A stretch of 64,000 nt of DNA, taken from the NCBI GenBank assembly GCA_965261005.1, contig OZ253375.1, forward strand, positions 2,528,001 through 2,592,000, in the 5' to 3' direction. Below are positions 43,413-54,100 of this stretch, piece after piece (within the stretch, counting starts at the first letter, position 1; the number at the start of each line of letters is the position of its first letter). Made by a program: the position numbers and the translations under genes. This DNA comes from Deinococcus sp. (GTDB lineage: Bacteria > Deinococcota > Deinococci > Deinococcales > Deinococcaceae). The notes beneath the pieces were generated by a model that saw nothing but the letters and a program-made list of their open reading frames with translations, had not been told where the DNA came from and did not search any database.

Positions 43413-44609
43413 ATGCCCTCCCACCTGAACGTTCCTTCCTCACCTGCCACAGGTGGGGAAGCCTATTGGCGCCGTGTGCTGCTGCTGAGCCTGCCCTTGG
43501 CCCTGCTGGCGTTCGGCTTGTCCACGCTGCTCCTGAGCAGAAGCGGACAAGCCGAGATGCCCTACAACCGGATCGCTTACCCGCTGATGGAAGTGAGCCT
43601 CGTGCTGGCCGAAGTGACTTTGCTGGTGTCTCGGCGCTCGGTCAACGCCGTGGCGTACGCGACGATTGTCGGTACCTGCGTCTTTTTCCTGAGCAAGTTG
43701 GTCTACCTGCTTTTTGTTGCGCCGCCCGAAGTCAACGTTCTCAAGCAACTGACCGATTCGTTTTTTTGGCTTCCGGCCCTCTACATGCTCGCGGCCTTTG
43801 TGCCGGAGTTGCGGAACGTTCAGCGTATTTATGTGGCCTTCATGCTCTTGATGCTGGGCATCGTGATCCTGGCTGCGTTGCGTTGGTATCTGGCTGGAGA
43901 CTTCGACGACGTGAACGTTTTGAATACCCTGAACGCCTTGCAGCAGCTCATTCTCGCCAACACCGGGTTTCTCGGCGTCACGCGCGCCACCGTCAGCTTG
44001 CTCAACGCGCGGACCAGGGCCATGGAAGCGTTGGTGTTGACCGACCCGCTGACCGGGCTATACAACCGCCGCTTTTTGTACGACCGTTTGCCGGTCGCCC
44101 TCAAAAAGGCGCGTGACGAAGGGCGGGCGCTGGCGCTGATTTTCTTTGACCTCGACGGCTTCAAGCAGGTGAACGACACCTTCGGTCACGCCGCTGGGGA
44201 CGCCCTGCTGTGCCGGGTGGCGCGGCAGCTGCGTGCGGGCACGCGCGCGGGCGAACTGGCGGTGCGCGTCAGCGGCGACGAGTTCGTGCTGCTGTCGCCG
44301 GTCGCGTCGCCCGTGGGGGCGCACGAGCGCGCCGCCCAGATGTGGAACGACTTGACGGGTACCGATGTGTCTGGCGCCGATTCGGACCAGCCCTGGACGG
44401 GCGTGCGGGTCACGGCCAGCGTGGGCGTCAGCGTGTACCCCTTTGACGCCCAGGACGCCGACGCCCTCTTGTCGCACGCGGACGCCGCCATGTACCGCGT
44501 CAAGAATTCTGGGAAAAATGGTGTGCAGCCCTTTGAGCGGCGCGGCGTCCCAAGGGACCCTGTGGCGGTCACGGCTGACGGCCCCCGCTATACTTCCCGG
44601 CATGATTGA
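43413..44609 (+). CDS. membrane-bound diguanylate cyclase (SGDEF variant)
   Basis: N-terminal TMs; TDPLTGLYNRR, DLDGFKQVNDTFGHAAGD, RVSGDEF, ADAAMY..K. Confidence 0.88.
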   Translation: MPSHLNVPSSPATGGEAYWRRVLLLSLPLALLAFGLSTLLLSRSGQAEMPYNRIAYPLMEVSLVLAEVTLLVSRRSVNAVAYATIVGTCVFFLSKLVYLLFVAPPEVNVLKQLTDSFFWLPALYMLAAFVPELRNVQRIYVAFMLLMLGIVILAALRWYLAGDFDDVNVLNTLNALQQLILANTGFLGVTRATVSLLNARTRAMEALVLTDPLTGLYNRRFLYDRLPVALKKARDEGRALALIFFDLDGFKQVNDTFGHAAGDALLCRVARQLRAGTRAGELAVRVSGDEFVLLSPVASPVGAHERAAQMWNDLTGTDVSGADSDQPWTGVRVTASVGVSVYPFDAQDADALLSHADAAMYRVKNSGKNGVQPFERRGVPRDPVAVTADGPRYTSRHD

Positions 44610-44889
44610 CGCGGCCGAAATGGCGCACCTGAAAAAGCTCGCCCGCTTGGAGCTGAGCGAGGCGGAAACGGCGCGAATCCAGCACGATCTCAACGCCGTG
44701 CTGGGCTACTTCGAGCAGCTGCGCGAACTGGACACGTCGGGCGTGGCGGAACTGCGCCGCCCGGTGGCGCTGGAGAACGTGCTGCGCGCCGACTTGCCCG
44801 GCGAGATGTTCACGCAGGAGGAAGCCCTCGCGCTCGCGGTGGAGCGGCAGGACGGCTTTTTCAAGGTGCCGCGCACGGTGGACCAATAG
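44602..44889 (+). CDS. gatC: Asp/Glu-tRNA amidotransferase subunit C
   Basis: HLKKLARLEL...L.ELDTSGV...LRAD...FFKVPR. Confidence 0.92.
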   Translation: MIDAAEMAHLKKLARLELSEAETARIQHDLNAVLGYFEQLRELDTSGVAELRRPVALENVLRADLPGEMFTQEEALALAVERQDGFFKVPRTVDQ

Positions 44890-44891
44890 GC

Positions 44892-46163
44892 ATGCTGGAC
44901 CTCAAGTTCATTCGCGAACAGCCGGAGGTGGTGCGGCGCGCCATCTCCGTCAAGCACCTCGACCTCGACTTGGGGCACCTCTTGCGCGTGGACGCCGAGC
45001 TGTTGGCCCTGCGCCAGCGCCAAGAGCAGCTTCAGGCCGAGCGCAACGCCAACGCCAAGCGGGTGCCGCAGGCGGGCGCGGAGGAGCGTCCCCAGCTGAT
45101 TCAGCGCGGCAAGGACCTCGCCGAGGAGCTGCGCGCCCTGGAACCCGAGCTGCGCGCCTTTGAGGACGCGCTCAAGCAGCTGCTGCTGCAAGTCCCACAG
45201 ATTCCCGACGAGCGCGCCCCGCTGGGCGCCTCCGACGCCGACAACGTCGAGCTGCGCCGCGAGGGGGAGCCGCCCGCCTTTGACTTCGGGCCGCGCGACC
45301 ACGTCGCCCTGCTCGGCGCCCAAGGTTGGGCTGACTTGGAGCGGGTCGCCAAGGTGTCGGGCAGCCGCTCGTACCTGCTGCGCGGCGACCTCGCGCGCTT
45401 GGAGCAGGCCGTCATCAGTTACGCGCTGGACTTCCTGACGGCGCGCGGCCTCACCCCCGTCAGCACCTCCGCCTTGGTACGGCCCGAAACGCTCATCGGC
45501 ACCGGCCACTTTCCCGGCGGCGAGGACCAGGTGTACAAGATCGAGGGCGAGGACCTGATGCTGGCCGGCACCGCCGAGGTGCCGGTCAACAGCCTCTACG
45601 CCGGCGAGGTGCTGGACGAGGCCGACTTGCCCATCGCCCTGGCCGCTCTCTCGGGCGCGTTCCGCTCGGAAGCGGGCAGCGCCGGGCGCGATGTGCGCGG
45701 CCTGATGCGGGTCCACGAATTCAAAAAGGTGGAGCAATACGTGATGTGCCGCCCGGAAGACGCCTGGGACTGGTTTGCGCGCCTCTTGGAAAACGCCGAG
45801 GACATGCTGCGGGCGCTGGAATTGCCGTACCGGGTGATGGTCAACAGCACCGGCGATATGGGGCGCGGCAAGGTGCTGATGTACGACATCGAGTGCTGGG
45901 TGCCCAGCGAGGGGCGTTACCGCGAGACGCACTCGTGCTCGTACCTGGGCGACTGGCAAGCGCGCCGCACCGGAACTCGCTACAAGGCGCAGGACGGCAA
46001 GCTGCACTTTCCCCACACCCTCAACAACACCGGCCTGGCCGTGCCGCGCATCCTGGTGCCCCTGTTGGAAAACCACCAACACGCCGACGGCCGCGTGACG
46101 CTGCCGGAGGTGCTGAGGCCGTACCTGGGCGGCAAAGCGGTGCTGGGCGAGGCCGTATACTGA
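44892..46163 (+). CDS. serS: serine--tRNA ligase
   Basis: MLDLKFIRE, GTAEV, FRSEAGSAGRDVRGLMRVHEFKKVE, ETHSCS, HTLNNT. Confidence 0.96.
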   Translation: MLDLKFIREQPEVVRRAISVKHLDLDLGHLLRVDAELLALRQRQEQLQAERNANAKRVPQAGAEERPQLIQRGKDLAEELRALEPELRAFEDALKQLLLQVPQIPDERAPLGASDADNVELRREGEPPAFDFGPRDHVALLGAQGWADLERVAKVSGSRSYLLRGDLARLEQAVISYALDFLTARGLTPVSTSALVRPETLIGTGHFPGGEDQVYKIEGEDLMLAGTAEVPVNSLYAGEVLDEADLPIALAALSGAFRSEAGSAGRDVRGLMRVHEFKKVEQYVMCRPEDAWDWFARLLENAEDMLRALELPYRVMVNSTGDMGRGKVLMYDIECWVPSEGRYRETHSCSYLGDWQARRTGTRYKAQDGKLHFPHTLNNTGLAVPRILVPLLENHQHADGRVTLPEVLRPYLGGKAVLGEAVY

Positions 46164-46167
46164 GGGC

Positions 46168-46677
46168 GTGACCTCATACAACTCTAAGATTTTCCCGGCC
46201 GCGCTCGTCGCCCTCTCCCTCGGCACCGTCTCGGCCAAGGCCTACACCAACGCGGCGCACGGCTTCTCTGTCAGCCCCCCGCCAAGCTGGCAAACTCGGG
46301 AAGGCGTGATGGGCACGGTGGTGGTCTTCGTGGCCCCGCAGGTTGCGGGGCAATTTACGCCCAACGTCAACGTGGTGGTTCAGCCGGCGCCAAGCGGCGT
46401 TTCGTTGGCCCAACTGACCGATGCGAGCGTGCAGCAGATCGGCAACCTCATCACGAACTTCAAGCTGGTGAAGCGCGCAAAGAGCACGCTGGGAGGCGCT
46501 CCCTCAAACCAGATCGAGTACACCGGCGTTCAAGGCAAGTTTGCGCTGCACTTTCAACAGACCTTCGCGTTCAAGAACGGCAAGGCGTACATTCTGACCT
46601 TCACCGACGATCAGAAAGATCTTGCATCCGCGCGCAAGAACGTGGCGGCCACCTTGCAGAGCTTCAAGTTCCGCTGA
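46168..46677 (+). CDS. exported DcrB/PsbP-like protein
   Basis: Signal peptide; GFSVSPP.SW, FTPNVNV, AYILTFT, SFKF. Confidence 0.65.
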   Translation: MTSYNSKIFPAALVALSLGTVSAKAYTNAAHGFSVSPPPSWQTREGVMGTVVVFVAPQVAGQFTPNVNVVVQPAPSGVSLAQLTDASVQQIGNLITNFKLVKRAKSTLGGAPSNQIEYTGVQGKFALHFQQTFAFKNGKAYILTFTDDQKDLASARKNVAATLQSFKFR

Positions 46678-46679
46678 GT

Positions 46680-47456
46680 TCAGGCCAGTTCCCGCGCCAA
46701 TTCCCCCGCCAAGTTCTCCAGCCAGCCCGGCAGCCCCAGCGCCGCGCAGCTGACGCGCTGGTGGGCGTGGGGGGACAGGCACTCGGCCTCGCCCACCTGC
46801 ACCGCCACGCCCGCCGCCTGAAACATGGCGACGTCGTTGTCCGAGTCGCCAAAGGCGACGGTGTCCCCCATGGGCACGCCGAGTTCACGCGCAATGTCGC
46901 GCAGCGCCTCGCCCTTGTTGGCCCGCTCCGGGGTGACGGTCAGAAACTCCGAGTACGGCAGCACGCCCCCCGTCACGTTGAAGTTGCCCAAGGCGTGAAT
47001 GCGCTTTGTCAACACCGCCGCCTCGGCGCTGTGAATGCCCAGGCGCAGCAATGTCTTGCCGCGCGCCTCAAAAAGCGGCAGCAGCGTGCGCCCCGCGCGC
47101 CAGCGGTCGTGTTCGGGGTCCGAGGGGTCGCGCACGTAGGTCTGCCCCCCCACGTCCACCGCGAAGACGTGCGCCTCCTGGGGCAGCGCGTTCAGCAGCG
47201 CCGTGCCCGCCGCCGCCGGAATGTGGTGCTCGGCCACGACCTCACCTTTCACCACAATGGTGCCGCCGTTGTTGACCGCCCACGCCTCGGGCCGGATACC
47301 CTCCATCACGTTGTCCGGCACGCTGGCCCGCCCGGTGATAACCGCGAACAGGCAGCCGCGCTCCCGCAGCGCGGCGACCGTTTCCAAACTTCGCGCGGGC
47401 ACGATCTTTTCTTCGTCGAGCAGGGTTCCGTCCAGGTCAAAGGCGATCAGGCGCAT
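46680..47456 (-). CDS. Cof-type HAD hydrolase
   Basis: FDLDGTLL, TGR, NKG, FGDSDND. Confidence 0.9.
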   Translation of the reverse strand: MRLIAFDLDGTLLDEEKIVPARSLETVAALRERGCLFAVITGRASVPDNVMEGIRPEAWAVNNGGTIVVKGEVVAEHHIPAAAGTALLNALPQEAHVFAVDVGGQTYVRDPSDPEHDRWRAGRTLLPLFEARGKTLLRLGIHSAEAAVLTKRIHALGNFNVTGGVLPYSEFLTVTPERANKGEALRDIARELGVPMGDTVAFGDSDNDVAMFQAAGVAVQVGEAECLSPHAHQRVSCAALGLPGWLENLAGELARELA

Positions 47457-47521
47457 GGGGATATTGTCTCACGGGCGCGGCGTCTCGAAGGTGACCGGGC
47501 AAGGCGCATTAGACTTTCCTC

Positions 47522-48943
47522 ATGCTGCCCCTGGTGCGCCTGAGCGGCGTGGACGTTCAGTTGGCGGGGCAATCGGTGTTGCGTCACCTCAGCTGGACCC
47601 TGCGCGCCGGCGAGGTGTGGGCCGTGACCGGGGCGAATGGGGCGGGCAAGAGCAGCTTCTTCCGCCTTATGCGCGGCGAGCTGTGGCCGTGCGCCGGCGA
47701 GCGGGTGTACGCGCTCTCGGGGCGCGAGACGCGCAGCCCGCTGGACGCCAAAGGGCGCGTCCACTTGGTGTCGCCCGAACTCGGGGACGCCTACCTGCGT
47801 GCCGAGTGGACCCTCAGCGCGCGGCAGGTGGTCGAGAGCGGCTTGGGCAAGGGAACGTTGCCTCCCTACCCGCCGCAGCCACAGCAGGCAGAACGGGCGC
47901 TGGCCGCCTTGGCGCGGCTCGGTTTGTCCCACCTGGCCCGTCAGGATGTGCGCGCCCTCTCGACCGGGCAGCGCCGCCAAGTGCTGCTGGCGCGCGCGCT
48001 CGTGGGGGAGCCGCGCGTCCTGATCCTCGACGAGTTCTTCGAGGGGCTGGACGCGGCGGCGCGTGAACGGCTGCGCGGCCTGCTGGAAGACCTCACGCGC
48101 GGCGGCCTGACGCTGCTCTACAGCACCCACCGCCGGGAAGAGTTTCTGACGGGCACGACCCACCATCTGCACCTCGCCGGCGGACAAATCACAGTTCAGG
48201 GCGAGGTTGGGCACGCCGTCAAGCCGCCCCCGCCACGCGAAAAGCCGGCCCCCGCCACCTCCGGCGAGACCGTCCTCTCCGTCGAGCACGCCGACGTGTA
48301 CCGGGACGGGCGGCGCGTGTTGGAGGGCGTGAATTGGCAGCTGCGAGAGGGCGAACATTGGGCGGTGCTGGGGCCGAACGGGGCGGGGAAGAGCAGCTTC
48401 GCGCGCCTCGTGGCCGGGGAACTGCATCCCGCCGTGGGCGCGCGGGTGCGCCGCTTCGATCTGCCGGAACGCGCCACGCTGGAGGCGCGCCGCCGCGCCA
48501 TTGCCCTGGTCTCGGCCGAGGAGCAGGCCCGCCACAAGCGGGACGTGTCCGGCGAGGTGGTCGTCGCGTCAGGCTTTTTTGGCACAGTCGGAGCGGCCCG
48601 GCCCATGACAAGCGCCCAGCGGAACGTCTTGGAACAAGTGGCCGGTCGCCTGCATATCCGCGATCTGCTGCCGCGCTTGGCGAACGGGCTGTCGCACGGC
48701 CAGCTCAAAAAGCTGGTCCTGGCGCGCGCCCTGATCGCCGCGCCGCGCCTGCTGCTGCTCGACGAACCCTTCGACTACCTGGACGCCGACTTTCGCGCGC
48801 GGTTGCTGAGTGAGCTGGAACGCGCGGTCGGGGCAGGCCGGCACACGCTGTGGGTGGTCCATCACCCGGGGGACCTGCCCGGCTACGTCACCCACGCCCT
48901 GCGGCTGGAGGCGGGGCGGGTGGTGTCGGCGGGGCCGCTTTGA
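47522..48943 (+). CDS. double-domain ABC ATPase (ModF-like)
   Basis: GANGAGKS and GPNGAGKS, LSTGQ and LSHGQ, two LDE. Confidence 0.85.
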   Translation: MLPLVRLSGVDVQLAGQSVLRHLSWTLRAGEVWAVTGANGAGKSSFFRLMRGELWPCAGERVYALSGRETRSPLDAKGRVHLVSPELGDAYLRAEWTLSARQVVESGLGKGTLPPYPPQPQQAERALAALARLGLSHLARQDVRALSTGQRRQVLLARALVGEPRVLILDEFFEGLDAAARERLRGLLEDLTRGGLTLLYSTHRREEFLTGTTHHLHLAGGQITVQGEVGHAVKPPPPREKPAPATSGETVLSVEHADVYRDGRRVLEGVNWQLREGEHWAVLGPNGAGKSSFARLVAGELHPAVGARVRRFDLPERATLEARRRAIALVSAEEQARHKRDVSGEVVVASGFFGTVGAARPMTSAQRNVLEQVAGRLHIRDLLPRLANGLSHGQLKKLVLARALIAAPRLLLLDEPFDYLDADFRARLLSELERAVGAGRHTLWVVHHPGDLPGYVTHALRLEAGRVVSAGPL

Positions 48944-48949
48944 ACGCTC

Positions 48950-49189
48950 TCAGCGCCCTGGGCTGTTGGCGTTCAGTGGTTCGCGTTGCGGGCCGGCAGT
49001 CAGGGCGCGCCACTCGTCGTCGAAGACCAGCAGGGTCAGGCTGCCGCGCAGGCGCAGCTTGGCCACGAAGGTCTGGCCGAACAGCGCCTCCAATTGGGCC
49101 ACGCTGGGCCAAGCGGCGCGTCTGGCCTCGTCTTGCACGCGAACACGTTCGGGCGCGGCGGGCGTCCAAGTGCAGGTGATGGTGTGCAT
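48950..49189 (-). CDS. small hypothetical protein
   Basis: AGGAG SD upstream of MHTITCTW. Confidence 0.4.
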   Translation of the reverse strand: MHTITCTWTPAAPERVRVQDEARRAAWPSVAQLEALFGQTFVAKLRLRGSLTLLVFDDEWRALTAGPQREPLNANSPGR

Positions 49190-49382
49190 GTGCGCTCCTG
49201 AGAAGCCGCTTTTGGCTTGGCCCGGTCAAATGGTCATGGCGTCCTTCTTCAAGCTTCCCTCTATCCTCCACACCGGGATAAAACGCAGATGGAAGGCCGC
49301 ATGAAGACGTTCTGAGTCTTCCGTTTGCGGAAAGCGGCCGTTCCAAACGGGAGAGTTCACCGGGGCGCCTTACACTGCGCCG

Positions 49383-51125
49383 GTGCGCTTTCCAAAACGT
49401 GCCGCCGAGCGGCTGTGGATTTGCGCGCTGCTGGCGCTGCTCGGCTGGACTTGGCTGGCCGCGCGCCGCCCGCCCGACCTGATCGTGTACGGCGCCACGC
49501 CGCAGGGGGTGGCCCTGGCCGTCACGGCGGCGCGCGAGGGCCTGAAGGTCACGCTGCTGGACGCCGCGCCGCAGCCCGGCGGCGTGCTGGCGCGCGCCTG
49601 GCTGGCAACGCTCGACGTCTCGCTGGATGGGCATGGCCGCCCGCAGCACGGGTCGTTCTTCAAGCGGCTGTGGCGCGACATAGGCCACGACGTCACCCTC
49701 GATGTGCCCACCCTGCGGCGCGCCCTGTGGGCGCCGCTGTTGGGGACCGGGGTGCGCGTGCGGCTGTCCACCCCACTTCGGGGCGTTCAGGTGCAGGGTG
49801 GCCGCGTGCTGAGCGTCACGCCCCTGAGCGGTCCGCCGCTGCGGGCGCGCTTTTTCGCCGACGCCAGCGACACGGCCGACCTCGCCGCCCTGGCCGGCGC
49901 CCCCTTCACGCTGGGGCGTGAGGACGGTGGTCAGGACCGCGCCCAGATGGCGGCGACCCTGGTATTCGCGCTGCGCGGGGTGAATTGGGCCGCCCTCGGG
50001 CGCCGGGTGGACGCTGAGCGGCGGGCCGGCCAAGTGGCCTACTGGGGCGGCGCCGGCGCCGTCGGCTTGGGCGACGTGGCCGCGCGCTACCGCCCGAGCG
50101 ACCCGGGAACCTTCGCGCTGCGCGGCCTCAACCTGGCCCGCCAGCGAGGCGGCGCGGTGCTGGTCAGCGCGTTGCAGCTGTTCGGCGTGGACGGCGCGCG
50201 GCCGGAGGGGCGGCGGGCAGGCTGGGCGCGGGCCACCTCAGAGGCGGCGCGCGTCACGGCCTTTTTGCGCCGTGAAGCGCCGGACGCTTTCGGCGGGGCA
50301 ACGCTCGCCGGCGTGGCGCCCGAGCTGTACGTGCGCGAAAGCCGTCACTTGGTCGGCGCGTACCGCTTAAGCGTCCCGGACGTGCTGGGCGGGCGGCGCT
50401 TTGCGGACGCCCTCGCGGTGGGCCGCTACCCGCTGGACGGTCAGGCGTACCGGGGGAGCGAGGCGCCCTTTCTGCTCGGTTTGCCCCAGCCCTATGAGGT
50501 GCCGCTGCGCAGCCTTGTGCCGCGCGGCCTGAGCAACCTGCTGGTGGTGTCGCAGGCCGCCTCCTTTGACAGCGCGGCGGCCTACTCGGCGCGGGTGGTG
50601 CCGCTGCAAATCAACTTGGGCCAGTCGGCGGGCCTGGCCGTGGCCGTGGCCGCGCGCTTTGGGGGCGGCTTTCCCCAATTGGCCGGCAGCGCCCGCGAGC
50701 TGCACGCGCTGCGCGCCCTGCTGCGGCGTCGCGGCGCGCTGGAAGACCTGCCCCCCGCGCCACCCGCGCGCTTCACACCCCCCGAACTGGCGCTGCTGCG
50801 GCGCGGTCTGTTCGGCGGCCAACTGGACGTCCCCGGCTTGCCGAGGGCCGGCGCCCCCGTGCCGGCGCGTATCTTCTTCAATCACCTGGAGCACGTGAGC
50901 GGTGTGCTCGGCCACCCAGACCTTCGCCCGCGCTTTCTGGCTTGGCGGGCGCAATTTGGAGGTGTGCCGGGGGCGCCGCTGTCCTGCGCGGACGCCCGGG
51001 GGGTCCTGCGGAGCCTGGGCGCCGTGGAATTGCCCCCGGACTCAGCGGCGCCGCTCAGCTACGGCGAGGCGGCGCGGGTGCTGTGGGCCTGGTTGGGCGG
51101 GGCTCAAGTTCGGCAACGTTTTTGA
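49383..51125 (+). CDS. FAD-dependent oxidoreductase
   Basis: LIVYGATPQG, FADASDTADLA, LGRE, LYVRESRH, YEVPLRSL. Confidence 0.82.
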   Translation: MRFPKRAAERLWICALLALLGWTWLAARRPPDLIVYGATPQGVALAVTAAREGLKVTLLDAAPQPGGVLARAWLATLDVSLDGHGRPQHGSFFKRLWRDIGHDVTLDVPTLRRALWAPLLGTGVRVRLSTPLRGVQVQGGRVLSVTPLSGPPLRARFFADASDTADLAALAGAPFTLGREDGGQDRAQMAATLVFALRGVNWAALGRRVDAERRAGQVAYWGGAGAVGLGDVAARYRPSDPGTFALRGLNLARQRGGAVLVSALQLFGVDGARPEGRRAGWARATSEAARVTAFLRREAPDAFGGATLAGVAPELYVRESRHLVGAYRLSVPDVLGGRRFADALAVGRYPLDGQAYRGSEAPFLLGLPQPYEVPLRSLVPRGLSNLLVVSQAASFDSAAAYSARVVPLQINLGQSAGLAVAVAARFGGGFPQLAGSARELHALRALLRRRGALEDLPPAPPARFTPPELALLRRGLFGGQLDVPGLPRAGAPVPARIFFNHLEHVSGVLGHPDLRPRFLAWRAQFGGVPGAPLSCADARGVLRSLGAVELPPDSAAPLSYGEAARVLWAWLGGAQVRQRF

Positions 51126-51173
51126 CCAGCAGCTATATGTGCTGAACTGCTCCAAAAGCCCCTAGAATGAGTC

Positions 51174-54100
51174 ATGTCTGAGTACGAAGAGCGCAAGCAA
51201 GGTCAGCAGCGGTCGGGCGCAGCGCCACAGGTCACGTATGTGCCCCCGCTGCCTGTTCCGAATCAGGCGGCCGTCCAGCTTGATCTGCAACAGCGCACCC
51301 TTGAGCGTTACCAGCAGTTCTTCGCAACACCAGACCTCGCCCAGCGTTCAAGCGTTACCCCGGTCTTCGAAGCCGCTCAGGTGCAACGCACCTTGGTCTT
51401 GCAGCGTCAGCAATCGCAGCTGGCCTTGCAGCGCCAGATCGAAGCGCTGAGCGAGGGCTTGCCTCCTCACGCTCTTCAGTCCGCTCTACAACGTCAGGCC
51501 GAGCAAGCTCAAGTGCCCGCCTTGCCCCCTATCTTCAATGGGCCGACCAGGTCACAACCTTCCTACGCCGACCATGCCCAGCGCTACGCCCACGAGTCCG
51601 TTGCCTTGCAGCGGCAAGCGGACCAGCACAGCGGCTTCGTCGCCATGTCCGCCTGGCCGACCATTTAGGGGCGGGCGACGCAGGACTTGGCGCAGCGCTT
51701 CCGAACCGACCTTGCCACTCAGCGCTACGCTGAGTTGGGGCAGAGCTTGGCCGTAGTACAGCGTCAGCCAAACGGGAAGCAGGTGGCGCGGGTCGTCCTG
51801 CAACGCTTGCCGGCGAGTGAGCGTCCTTTGGTACAACGGGCGCTTGACGAGGCAGAAAGCGAACATCAGCAGTTCCAAGCGCAGGATCGGAAGGCGTTGG
51901 AGCTGCACGCCTTGCAACGGAAGCTGACGGAGGAAGCAAGCGTTGCTCCCCAAGCGATTCCGAGGGGAAGCGGCCAACCCCTGCCTCTCGCGGTGCAACG
52001 ACAACTGGAAGTGGGGCTGAACATCCCGAGAGAACACTTGCAAGCTGTCCGAGTCCACGCTGACTCCAGCGCTCACAGCTTTGCCAAGTCTGTTCAGGCC
52101 ATCGCGGCGACGGTCGGAACGAACATCTTCTTTCAGCAGGGCAAGCTGGACACCGAGAGCGCCGAGGGCCAAGAGCTGTTGGCCCATGAGGTCACCCACA
52201 CCTGGCAGCAAGCTCAGGGGAAGGTCACGGGCAAGGGCATTGACCCTGACGCTGGGTTAGAGCACGAGGCGCGGGACGCGGGCAAGACGTTCGCTCGGCA
52301 AGCCAAAACGCCCGAGTTCCTGGCGCGTTTTGAGCGGAGAAGACAAAGCGTGGAGGCGCACTTTCAAGCCGGACTTCACACGCCTAAAACCGTGCAGCGT
52401 CTGGCAGCGCCGACACCCGAGGTGACGTGGTACCGGGACTTCGTGGGCAACGTGGCTGGCGTCAGCGTCGCGCTCAGCTTGCGGCGCAGCGGGAACACGC
52501 TGCACGGCCGCTATCAGTACCACGGTCAAAGCGCTTGGCTCACCGTCGAGGGCGAGATCGAACCCCAGCACAAGAGCGTCACGCTGACCGAGCGCGACGA
52601 GCGGGGCAAGGTCACCGGCAGCTTCCGGGGGAGCTTCACGGGCAAGGGCGGTGAAACGCTGAGCGGCACTTGGACCAACGCGACCACTGCAAAGCAGCAC
52701 CCCTTCAGCTTCACGCTCTCGGAGGTTCACGCTGCACCCAAAGCGCCCCCAGCCCCGGCACCTTTGCCCACGTGGGAACGGACGTATGGCGGCACCTTGG
52801 CGGGCAGCGACCTGAGCCTGCGACTCAAGGGGAACGGTGGTCAAGTGGACGGGCGCTTCACCCTCGGCACGCTGGGCACGGGCAGCTGTGCGGGGCAGCA
52901 GGACGGGGACCAGCTGAACCTGACGCTGACGTATGCGAGCGGCAAGAACAAGGGGCAAAGCCGGACGCTGGCGCTGACCCTCAAGGGGGAGATGGAACTC
53001 AGTGGCAGCTGGGCGGGCGGGGACACCAGCTACGCCCTTTTGCTCTCCTCTCAAGTCCAAGCGCCGGAGAAGCCCCGAGGCGAGCTTTCGGACGCGGCGG
53101 AAGCGGCCGTGATCGCCGCCCTGCCCGCCGCCATGCAAAAGGCCGGCAAGGTGGTGAGCATGCGGGACGTGCAGCGCAACGTTCCGCTCATCTGGGAGGC
53201 ATGCCGAAAAGCGGGCGTGACGGACCCGGCCCAAGTCGCCTACATTTTGGTCACGGCGGGTTGGGAAACTATGCTGGGTCTCGAAGGCTGGATGGTCGAG
53301 CAGCCGAAAAGACCGGTCAGAGATGGAGCAGATGAGATAGATTACTTCGAGGGCAAATACGGCTATAAGACCGACCTCGGCGCCAAGCAACTCGGCAACA
53401 CGGAGCCGGGCGACGGCTATAAGTACCGGGGACGTGGCTTTGTCCAGCTCACGGGCCGGGCACACTACACCTATTGGACGGGGCGTTTGGCGAGCGAGAA
53501 CTTCAAGGTTGACGGCCAATTGCCGAACCTGATTGACCATCCCGAGCTGCTGACCAGCAACAAAGTCCTGGCCGCCAAGATTCTGGTCGAGGGCATGCGC
53601 GACGGTCAGTTCAGCGGCAAGAAGTTGCAAGACTACCTCTCGACCAAGGACCACAAACAAGACTTCAAGGGCGCGCGCTGGATCGTGAACTCGCAAGACG
53701 CCGCCCAGCACCTCGCGGACGGTGCCCAGGCGTTGTTGGGTGAGTTGGGCGAGATGGAAGCGGACGAGCAGCCGGCGGGAGCGCTGAAGTACAGCGAGGT
53801 CGGCGACGAGCGCAAACGGCAACTCACCAAGCAAAAGATGCGGGCCTGGGGAACGGAGATTGGCGAGGTGAACGGCGTCAAAGCGTTCTTCAATGCCCGC
53901 GACGGCGGCAACCAGGGCAGACACTACTCGACTGATGGCAAGCACTACGACTACGGCCTGAAGTGGCAGTGCGTGGAGTTCGTGCGACGCTACTATTACG
54001 ACGTGCTGGGGCATGAGTTCAGGACCAAGGGCGACGCCCACGGCTACTTCGACCACGAGGTCAAGGATGGTGAAGTGAACGGCGCCCGTGGATTGGTGCA